Source: Carcharhinus amblyrhynchos | Lineage: Eukaryota | NCBI GenBank assembly: GCA_965287045.1 | Contig: OZ336899.1 | Location: 32,984,001-33,048,000, forward strand | Direction of reading: 5' to 3' | DNA length: 64,000 nucleotides | Part shown: one piece after another, positions 1-10,656 of the stretch | How positions within the stretch are numbered: the stretch's first letter is position 1 | Layout of the letters: each line of letters starts with the position of its first letter | The notes under the pieces: model-generated | Told to the model about the DNA's origin: nothing | Databases searched by the model: none | What the model saw: the letters and a program-made list of their open reading frames with translations, nothing else | Program-made: the position numbers and the translations under genes

Positions 1-905
1 AGTACAAGTGTCCCACAAGGCTATGTCCTTAGCCTCTTACTATACTCCTTATAACCTATGACTGTATGACCAAATTCCCCTCCAATTCGATTTTCAAGTT
101 TGAACACTACCGTTGTGGGTCAGATCTCAAACAACGACGAGATAGAGAATCAGGTGAACTGGTACGGCAACAATAATCTCTCCCTTAATGTCAACAAAAC
201 GAAGTAGATAGTCAGCAACTTCAGGAAGTCTAGTGGAGGACATGTCCTTATCTACATCAGAGGGGATGAAGTAGAAATTGTCACGAGCTTCAGGTTTTTA
301 GGTGTCCAAATGACCAGCAATCTGTTTTGGTCCCCCCATGCCAACACTATAGTTAAAAAAGACCACCAACGTCTCTACTTTTTCAGAAGACTAAGGAAAT
401 TTGGCACATCAGGTACAACTCTCACCGACTTTTACAGATGCACCACAGGAAGCATTCTTTCTGCTTGCATCGCAGCTTGGTATGGCTCCTGCTCTGTCCA
501 AGACCATAAGGAAGTACAAAGGGTCATGAACGAAGCCCAGTCCGTCAAACAAGCCTCCCACCCACTGACGCTGTCTACACTTCCCACTGCCTTGGAAAAG
601 CAGCCCACATAATTCAGGATCTCAAGCACCCCAGACATACTCTCTTCCACCACCTACTGGTCAGGAAAGATACAGAAGTCTGAGGACTTGTACCAACCGA
701 CTCGAGAACAACTCCTTCCCTGCTGCCATCAAACTTTTGAATGGATCTCTCTCACATTAATCTTTCTCTACACCCTAGCTATGACTGTAACACTTCATTC
801 TGCACACACTGCTTTCCTTCTCTATGAATGGTATGCTTTGTCTGTATAGTGTGCAAGAAACCATACTTTTCACCATATACTAATATATGTGACACTAGTA
901 AATTA
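1..905 (+). mobile_element. Decayed Rex1/Babar-type LINE, 3' part (RT C-terminus and 3' UTR)
   Basis: ORF 310-612 'KKDHQRLYFFRRLRKFG..LTDFYRCT..SILSACIAAWYGSC' is typical of this clade; disrupted upstream; the same 3' UTR recurs at 53185-53490. Confidence 0.85.
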
Positions 906-934
906 AATCCACTCTTCTAGTTTCTAGATCTCTA

Positions 935-1270
935 GAGACTGGATTGTGACAGAAGATATGCGTCAGGATCCTGCGGCAGTCCTGATGGACAGATCTACAT
1001 GATAATTGCCCAGGAAGTTTCAATTTCCAACGGACAATTCCCTGGCTCCCAGACTCTCTGTAATGCCTCATTCAGACCTGGAGACTTGGGATAGCTCTTT
1101 GGTATTTACCTGGATAGTTACCCAGGAAATATCAGACAGGCTAAAACCTAGTCTAACATCTGAGTAACTCCACAACCAGTCTCCCAGTCGCCTCTCCTCA
1201 ACTAACCCCAATCCACCTTTCACCTCACTCACTAATTCACTCATCCACTAACATTCAACTTGGACATTCA
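935..1270. repeat. Unclassified interspersed repeat
   Basis: Similar in reverse complement to about 37890-38110 (ggacaattccc / ggggaattgtcc, taaaacctagtctaac / gttaggctaggattt). Confidence 0.55.
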
Positions 1271-1970
1271 AATTTATATAGCAGCTAATGCCATAAAAGG
1301 GAATATTGTTTGTTATTCCCTTGACTCTGTTCTGACTTATATTGTACTTCAAAGTTGCAATCTTCTGAGATAAGTTTAGTGGCAATTAATGAAAAAAATC
1401 CATCAAGTTCTTAAAAAAATGGATTTGCTAAGGGGAAATGATGCTTGCGTGAAGATCTGAATCTTTGCTCTAAATTGCGTCTCCATTACTCATTAACACA
1501 ATAGAAGACCCCACACCAGAAAATCAAATCTCAAACTGTTCCCTTGTTTAACAGCACCATATGTAACGTTACTGGAATTTAAAGTGAAAAATGTCTATTC
1601 TGACCTTTACTCTTGCAGTATACAAGTCAAATGTACTCATTGCCATTCAGCACACTCCCAGTCATCTGTCAATCCATATTATCTTTGAGTGATGGGCCAA
1701 AGTGAGCAGTGACGGGAAATGGAGAATTTTGATGAACGATGATCAAAGTCTCAATTGCATTCAACATTTGAGGTTGGTAAGTTGACCTTCTTCTGTACTG
1801 CTGCATTCTCTGCTGCAGCCAACCTGCTCATCCCTTTACCATGATCCATTGGTCATTGAATCCAAAACCTTCTTGGACCACTTGAGATAGCCATCACTGA
1901 AGCACATAGAGGAGACAACTGGCAGTGAGCTACCACTGGACTATTTCCCCAGATCAGACTCATCAATGTA

Positions 1971-2283
1971 CAGCAGCATGGTGGCACAGTGTTTCATGCT
2001 GCTGATTCATAGCACCAGGGACCTGGGTTCCATTCCCAGCTTGGAGCACTGTCTGTGCGGAGTTTGCAAGTTCTCCCCGTGTCTGCGTGGATTTCCTCCG
2101 GGCGCTCCAGTTTCCTCCCACACGCCAAAGATCTGCTGGTTAGGTGCACTGGCCATGCTAAATTGTCCCTTAGTGTACCCAAACAGGCGCCAGAATGTAG
2201 CGACAAGAGGATTTTCACAGTAACTTCATTGCAGTGTTAATGTAAACAAATTTGAGACACTACTAAATCAACTTTAAAACTTT
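1971..2283 (+). mobile_element. Near full-length tRNA-derived V-SINE (HE1-like)
   Basis: A/B-box head (gtggcacagtg...gggttccattcc), V-domain 'gagtttgca.gttctccccgtgtctgcgtgg.tttcctccggg', tail 'gtaacttcattgcagtgttaatgtaa'. Confidence 0.9.
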
Positions 2284-3164
2284 TATAACATAATGGGATT
2301 ATTTGAGAGAATGGAAACAAATTTTCAGGCCATGTTGCTATGAAGACAGAAGTGGGATTTTACAGCGGTGAAAGAACATTCACCGCAGTTAACCAGTCAA
2401 AGAACTAACCTTACTGCCACTTCCCCTTCTTTCCAAATCAGACACGACATTCTAACTTTAGCCTAAGCAAATCACTTGTGTACGTTTAACATATAGTGTT
2501 CAATGTTCCTGCAAACAAATTAATACTGGTCTACATGGTATTTCTTTCCAATCACAAATGATTCTTTTTTAAAACTCTACGCTCTTGCAGAACTGATTGG
2601 GCATTTTCAACATCCAACAATTGAAAACCAGTTGTCTGCAATAGGAATCCAATAGTGTGCTTACATACATTGATCATTTTACGCTTAGCTCCTGATGGGT
2701 TACAGCAAGTTCAATTTTTTTAGTCATTCTAACTAATCAGAAATTTTGGATTGTCAATCCTTTACTCTCTGGCAAGTCTTCGTAAGATATTGGGACAGGC
2801 TGTTCAGGGTTCTGATACACATCAAGTAACTAAGCCGACCCTGGAAGATAATGATTTTAACTGGCAGCTATATTCCAGAGTGGCATTAATCATCAAGTCC
2901 TGTAGTCAGGAGCCTTCATTTTAGAGATTCATTTGCGATTCTTTGAATGCATTGAAGTTGTCCATAACTCTGGTTCTTGCTAGTTTGACCCTGTGGCTGA
3001 AGTTCAGCAGGCAAGAAATAAAATGTTCTCAAAATCCAATATAGAAGAAAACTGTTGCTTTCATAAAACCGCAGGGAACAATCATCTGAACTTATCCTAG
3101 TCTGTGCTGCACTTTATCTATCATTCTGTACAATAAAGAGGGAATGATCACCTGCTGGCTTTTA

Positions 3165-3446
3165 GTAAACACAGTAAGAAGTCTCACAACATCAGGTTAA
3201 AATCCAACAGGTTTATTTGGTAGCAAAAGCCACTAGCTTTCGGAGCGCTTGCTGCTCCTTTGTCAGGTGAGTGGGAGTTCTATTCACAAACAGGGCATAT
3301 AAAGACACAAACCCTGATTGTGAATAGAACTCCCACTCACCTGACATAGGAGCAGCAAGCACTCAAAGCTAGTGGCTTCTGCTCCAAACAAACCTATTGT
3401 ACTTCTTACTGTGTTTACCCCAGACCAACGCTGGCATTGCCACATC
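3165..3446. mobile_element. Fold-back (inverted) Penelope-like terminal remnant, family A
   Basis: Arms include a perfect 29-bp inverted repeat (3261-3289 vs 3318-3346); related copies at 24508-24650 and 28053-28236. Confidence 0.75.
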
Positions 3447-4710
3447 AGGCCTTTAGTAAGCCAGAGGCAAGGATTTCATCCTCTCGCTGCCCAGATATTC
3501 TCTGGGTTGTAGGCCGAGATCCACATCAGTGCATGGAATTCACACTCATGACAGTTTCATATTTAGAAAACCTAGGATCCTATGTACTACATTTCAAGTT
3601 TTATCACAATGCAACCCCACTTTCAAAGGATTGTGCAAACACTGTGCTTTTAAAAAAGAACATTGTGTACATTTAATCATCTTCCCAAATCTGTAATCTC
3701 ACATTTTCCCCATATAATTGTCACCAGATCTGTGTTAATCCGTTCACCGCTCCAGTATCGGTTAACAGCACTACTTTTCCAGATATCTTCCTGTCCACAC
3801 TGACATTTCTTTTCATACCGTATTCCTCTGATGTCTAGCCTCTTGCTAAGTTGCATCCCTCAACACCACTAGCCAAGTTCAGCACACAAGATCCAATGTT
3901 CTCAAAATCCAATACAGCAGATCAGTTGCCCATTTAATTGTCTGTCACTATTGTTTAAAAGTAGTTCATTACCTTTGGGATGTCCTGGGAGACACAAAAG
4001 GTTCTAAGTTTTCTCCGATCAAAGGCTGTTTGAAAATACATACATACATTAAATTTCCTTTTACGTTATCCTCTCAAATAACCATTAAATTTGTTAGCCA
4101 ACCTCCCTTTTTACAAATTTAGTCCAGCTTTCCATAACTTACCTCTTCCTAAGTATTATCATGTCCCTCGATAGACTCTCCCACTATTGATGTTATGTTA
4201 CAACATTCAAAGTTACATTTTCAAATAAATTTCAAGTACTTCAAAACAACACGTTGTATAAAAGCTGACAGTCAAAGCATCGTAGTACGGTTTTATGGAA
4301 GTAAATTACCCTCAGTGAATTTAATATTTTGTTACTTTTTCACTCCCTTACTTTGGGGTATAACTAACGTGATATTGCAGAGAACATTTTGGAATTATTA
4401 AGAAACATGTTGACATCAAGACCCACCCAGAAATTCATTGCTCCTTCCATGTTAAGGCTGGGAACATGTAAAGGTCCTGTTGCCGCAATCTGTAAAATCG
4501 TTTCTTCAGTTTTACATCAATTCAAACCTGCGTCAATGAGCCCGCTTAGAGGCGATATGCCTTTTCACTATTTCAGTTGCAATTACTCACCTAATCTCAA
4601 CTGGGCAGCAGTGGAATCCTGCACCCTGGGTTGGGAAAGGTACAGTAAACCAGATTTCTTAAATCTGATCGCCATCCAGTGTCCACTGCTGAAAGTGCAC
4701 GAGGGCTCAG

Positions 4711-4925
4711 ATGGAACAAAATCAGAACACGCTGACAAATTTCAGGTTTGACACCATCTACAGAGAAAATACAGCCAACGTTTCGAGTCTGGATGACACT
4801 TCGTCAGAGCCCCAAGAAGGGTCATGCAGACTCAAAACGTGGGCTCTATTCTCTCTGTTAGATTTGCCGAGATTCCCCACATTGTCTGTTTTCGTTTCAG
4901 ATTTTCAGCATCCGCAGTGATTTTC
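4711..4925. mobile_element. Fold-back Penelope-like terminal remnant, family B
   Basis: Imperfect palindrome centred near 4810; homologous to 53893-54145 and 41715-41790. Confidence 0.75.
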
Positions 4926-7900
4926 TGGAGCAGGCCACCCGGCTGCAAATCCCATTTAGTCAAAACATAAACTCGCACCAACAAGTTGAAAGCGTTTTGT
5001 TGAACGTGCAAGTTAATCCGGGAGCCGGGGTGGAGGGGATGTATTTGGGATATCGGTGAGGAAAGAGGGGCAAACATTGCATCCCCTTAATAAGAAATAA
5101 TAACCAAAGGACCAGGAAAGAGGAATAGATCGCGTGAATTCAACTTCAAGCCCGAGTACATTAAGAGAAAGAGGACACTGAGATGGGGTAAGATTTTTAG
5201 AACTATTCACATTTTTAAAAACTCCAGAAATTCACCACCTGAGGGTATGAAATTCCAGTTATAAATGGTCACTTACTGGACGCATTAACAGTTACTAACA
5301 GTTATCGTTTCATGAAAAAAGTACTTACCGCAGACTTAATTTCGTGGCACATTTAAAGGGGAATTAATGTGCTAACGCCGCGACATTCTGAAACTCACGG
5401 CCAGGTTAAATACCGATGTCCATTTTTGTAAAGGTAATGGCAGAACAATGCAACCTGGCCAGCAATTCGTAATTCACTGGGTATCTCTTCCTTGCTACGA
5501 GTTACGTCGACACATACATTAATAACGGTGCGTACCATTCATGTCCCGCTATGTTCCCAAAGTCTGGCCCATTACCTTCGAGAACGGGAATATGGAGGAA
5601 CTGCACCGTTGCTTTTACCGTGACAGGGCATCTCTCACCAATTAACATGTAGTGATCTATAGTTTCACTGGATACAAAAAAAAACTTTACAACTCCATAC
5701 CGACAGTCTTCACAACGATCACTTAGGACCTTACACAAAAAAATAAGCATTCATACAATTTGCAGCAGAATTCTGACAGAAATGCACTTTTCACTTCTCC
5801 ATGGCATGTTGCCCTTAATATACTGAATAACTGACTGGCAGTGATAGATATTTACATTAGTCTTAATATTTGAGAATCGTTATTTGCCTGCAATATTCAA
5901 TGAAATAAGTGCATTTTAACAAACTTACAGCCAAACTTCTCAACATTTTTACTTCTGTGCTAGATTAAAGTAAAAACATTTTTTAATGAACGTATGTAGA
6001 TGGCCAGGGTCAGAATCAAATGCTACTTAATCAATCGGAGTGGGTAGAGAACTGCAGGGTGAAAAGATTGAGGGAGCACAATGCCATCAAGATTGCCACA
6101 AGGCTAAAATGTATACATCAGTTTTCTGAAGCAACAGCTGTTGTAAGTTGTTAACTGTAGCAATATATACAAATGTAAATGTTACAAGAAATTACAGGAA
6201 TATCAGGGTACGATTAAAAAAATTCCGAATCACTGTGGTACAATAGTTCCTAGTAATTAAAGACCCAAAATTCACAATGACAGGCAGAAATGAATTATGA
6301 CTGGAAGAAAAAGAAGCCTCCAGTACATCATTAATCTTCAAGTATAAGCTAAACTTGAGCTATCGTTCACTGGGTTTAAACAGTGAATACATTTTATGAC
6401 AACAGTAAAAGTGATGGAAAGTGTGTGCTGTACACAGATTTCTCAATATATTGCACAGGAATAGCATAAATAAATCAAACAAGGCTCTGAGTTTGTATTA
6501 ACAACTGTAGGGGCCTGGTTTAAGTATTGGTGTAAATCATTAAGTAACCAATAACATGTTAACTTTGTAACAATTTGATGATACGCTACCACAAAATTTA
6601 TAATCTGCTCTTACCCAAATTTTTCACATTGCAAAGTTTTGAACAATGGGAGTTGTTAGTACATTGTTGTGCAATAACATACGACATCAATTAGCAATGG
6701 GCCGTCACCATCATTTGACTTGGAACAATTGATTGCTTACCACACAGTAAAATGGCTAACTTCACTCATCTAAGTTTATCCCTCAGGATGGATTTTCATC
6801 CTCCCGTGTCAGAAAAACGGAACTAAATATTCTGAACCATTTCCAGCTGATTCAACAGGTCTCAGCAGTTCACTCGGTACATAATTAATGACTGAATTTA
6901 AATATGGTATTACAATTCATCACGGTTTGGTCATCCCCACCCCCTTCTCAAATTCAAGCCAGGAAACATCAAGCAAAAACAAGCTGCTTTCATAAAAGGA
7001 GAGAGGTGAAAGAGACAAATGAATGTCCAAAGCATTGAATCCTGGTATCAGGTTACGCTGGCCCAAAATACTGAATGTCACTAGAGAGGGATGAAGAAAA
7101 AATAAAAATCAGGCCATCAAGGTGATGCCCCTCAACCAAAATTCCTGAATATGTAGCTATAAACATTTAAATCTTACCCTTGGGAAACAGACTGCAACAT
7201 TTATCGCTGATTTCGATTTGATCATTGCTTCTGAAAACCACTGAGAGAATAGGCTGGTGTTAAATATTCATCAGGATGAAAATAATTTCAGTAAATATAC
7301 CAAATTGACTTCTGGCGAACAATAAAATGTAGTAACTGCAAGATGCAACAGTAGGACAGAATTCAATGATAATCCATGCCCAGAAATCTTTCATTGCCAT
7401 TGCAGTCTTGAAAGACAATGGGATGTTGTATTACTTAACATGGTGGCAACTTGAACACATTCTGGCATTCAGCCAATTCAATTACCAATTTAAAAACATC
7501 TTCATTGTAGATAAAAGGGAGTAAACTCATAAACATTACTGCATAACTAAGAATGATTATGGTCCCTTCATGTCAAAGCTTCATTTAATGAATCAAACAG
7601 GAAAACCTGGTCCAGCAATATTCTATTGTCAAATTTAATTGCTTCCGTAGTGGTGAACTATAGTATCATGTAATTCATGACGCTTCATCTCAAATTTCTT
7701 AAGATTGGTCTTAGTCAAAGCTGCAATAAACACTTCATTAACTGAAAAGTTTAATTAAAGATTCTGAGCTATCCCCCCCCACAATTCTTGAATTTATGGC
7801 TAATGTTTGACTGAAAATTACTGCAAGGTTCTGAGATGGAATTCACTTTTGTTTTAATAGAAAGCTTTTCGTCAGCAATCCTCTTTGGATTAGGCGGTGT

Positions 7901-9723
7901 AGTTAGTTATTTGTGCCCAATTGTTTGTAAACTGTAAAATTGCAGTCCAATCACAGAACACAAAGGTATCATATTTGTGTGTTGCTCAATTACAACTTTA
8001 TAATAGAAAAGGATTACAACTGAGTGAAAAGATACTGGTGATAATTGGATACAAGTCTGTCTTATATCTTTTGTTATATATCATTGGAACAGTCATGAAA
8101 GTATCATTCATGCATTCCGGCATATTTTTTGGCTCTTTGGACTGAAGAGAATTTGCATCCACTTTTAATTATTTAATAAAGCAAATTACAAAATGCACAA
8201 ATTCTTGTTCTTAATTTGTAAGAGGTATTCATGCACAACTTTGAGAAATAAGCCACTCAAGTGATGGTCTGATAAAATACAACACCCCAGAGGTTTGACT
8301 TTCCAGCACTGGGGCTGTCATTAAGACAGAACAGGCTAATTTCATTAAGTACACGCTAAACAAGATAAACCAAGAGCATTTTAGCTTTCATAGAGGTCAA
8401 GTTTTGACACAGCACCATAGTTGGGTTTTTACTAACGAGAAGCCAGAAAGACCTCGCCAATGCCCAGCAAAACCCAAGTAACACAGAATAATTTAAAGCA
8501 CAAGTCTTGCTCTAACCAGAAAGTCACCTTTTTTCAATGTTTTTCTCAAATCAAAATTTTGAGGTCCTTAAAGTAGTAAGGATGTTTATTCAATTCTTAT
8601 TTTTTAGCATTTCAAATATGTACCCAAGATGTCAGATGGACCTGAGTCTCCATTCTGTTTACACAGGGATCAGGCATTACTATTTATATCCTTACAGTAT
8701 TTACCACTTCTTTAGGTGACATCCGCAAGAAACCACAGGATAAGAAAAATCCACTAATTTTGAATCCATTCAAGCTTTTTGGATCTGCACGTTTCAATCT
8801 ACGTGATGTATGCAGATAGCAATTCAGACCGATGCTTATCTCGTTATAAGTTGAAATAACAGCAATCAGCACTGACACACACTTTGGTAAATTCACATGC
8901 AACCCAAGCTTTTGTATTAACAAACTCAGCTAATTATTCATTGGGGTGATTAAGTGTGACAGCTGTAATACAGAGCAGCACAACCGAACATATGTAGATC
9001 TCGAAAGCAGGAAAAAAAATCCAACCCAGCATATATTACCAGCCTGGAACAGTTTTTAATTCAAGTTATGCAGTTATTTAATGGCATCTCACAGTCTGGA
9101 ACATTATCTTCATAAGCATTCCAATAGCCATCTTGCCATTGAAGCGAATTTTTAAAATCATAGCTGATCCATGTTATGCTTGGCTTTTCAAAACCAATTC
9201 TCAAATAAATGCACAAACTGGTACAAGTAAAATCTACAGTGTTAGTCTTGAGACACTGTTTCAAATCAAACCAGCAACTTATGAGATCAACCACACAATT
9301 TCAAGCAAAGTGCCATTTCACATGGTAGTATCCTCGTTTTTGCTGTATCTAGCATCAAGGCAGCAGCTTCTGTGAAAGGTTGCATTTGTGTGTGGGAAAC
9401 ATAACTGTTTATTTCAGAGATTCTGACCTCCTATTCTTTCACAAGGAAAACTCTGACAGCCATCTCAAACCACCGGTAGCTCGTATGCAGAAAGGATCCT
9501 CATTTGTGCAGCATGTGTTTTGTCAGAAACCTTCTGCCACAATTCAGTAACTGACTACTGTCAGCCAGCCAACTGATATGACTTCTGTCACAACAATGGG
9601 TGTTACATCCACTGCACAATATATTACCATGAGGTAACGGAGTACAAAATAATAGGACAAACTAGTTTGCAAACTTACGTAGAACAGGTCTCGTGATCAT
9701 TAATTCTCAAACAGTAGTTTGTA

Positions 9724-9757
9724 TTTATTTTTTCAACTTGCACGGTCTGTTTTTATT
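9724..9757 (-). terminator. Tandem candidate polyadenylation signals (AATAAA x2)
   Basis: plus-strand tttatt at 9724-9729 and 9752-9757, about 0.72-0.75 kb past the stop. Confidence 0.55.
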
Positions 9758-9817
9758 TAGTTTTGAAAGTGAAAAGATAGTAATGAGTCATTTTTTTTTA
9801 AATATTTCTCTTTTATG

Positions 9818-9972
9818 TATTTACAAGCTTTTGAGTAGCTCTATAGTTTGAAAGTATTACAAGCACTTCCTCAGGTTGAATTTGTTTTGTACAAGTTCTC
9901 CATGTTCTGCAGTTCGTAATGTACGGCTTGGAAATTCGGGGAGCATCATCTTCCAGTTGAATGTTATGTACA
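9818..9972 (-). promoter_or_regulatory. Two Pumilio response elements (UGUAHAUA) in the 3' UTR
   Basis: TGTAAATA at 9818-9825 and TGTACATA at 9965-9972 on the mRNA strand; function inferred. Confidence 0.45.
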
Positions 9973-10474
9973 TTTCTAGAGCAAGCTGAAGCAGGCAGGA
10001 AGAATTACTGGTACATGTTACTACTTTCAGCCATCATTGTTAACCCCCGCCCATATACTAAATTTTGATGCCCTATTTTTGTTTGAAGTGGCCTTGTGGG
10101 CAAGAGTTTGGGTCTCTTTTCCGCTATGTTACATTCTGTTTACAGTAACTGCAAACTCAAATTACATCACCTTTGCAGTTCTAAAAATAAATTAAAGTGT
10201 TCAATTTTTTTTATTTTTTTGCTGCAAGAAAAATGGAACCATCTGTCCTTTTAAAAATAACAAAAAAGCTTAAAATTTAAAACAAAAATATTTTCTATAA
10301 ATAATACATTTTTTAGTGCTCCCACCCATGGTTCTTTAACATCACCGCGGCTTTTCTTTACGTGCGTGTACCATAATTTTCATCATGATCGCTGACTGTA
10401 TATCCGTGCATATTTGTTGCGATGATTGGCCTTTTTGCACTTTGATTGGCGAAGACTTTTTTTTGTGTTTTTTT

Positions 10475-10656
10475 TTAGTTATCTTCTGACTCCTCTTCAG
10501 CTTCTCTTAGCCATGTAAAAAAAGCCGTGACAGATTTTAGCGCTACCCCTTTGCCGCTCTGTTCTGCTGGGTCTTTGCTACTTTCCCATTTGTAGAATGC
10601 ATCTTCAGATATAACATCCTCATCGTACAAAGTGTCAAAGAACATTCTTAACAAGT
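10475..10656 (-). CDS. EIF4G3: EIF4G3 last coding exon, W2/MNK-binding end ([23 protein letters not shown]...EEESEDN*)
   Basis: aaacag| acceptor, TAA stop at 10475-10477, 182 nt. Confidence 0.97.

Larger units (their letters stand above)
9700..10474 (-). other. EIF4G3: Probable EIF4G3 3' UTR (proximal isoform)
   Basis: AT-rich, repeat-free sequence after the stop; minus-strand AATAAA at 10210-10215, 9752-9757 and 9724-9729. The true 3' end is inferred. Confidence 0.65.

Noticed and set aside
1750-1850. Possible first coding exon of the downstream neighbour gene
   Set aside because: Minus-strand ATGs reach stops within about 30 codons, with no recognisable similarity or good donor
2364-2385. 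8-bp hairpin gcggtgaa-agaaca-ttcaccgc
   Set aside because: Short enough to arise by chance in 64 kb, with no supporting context
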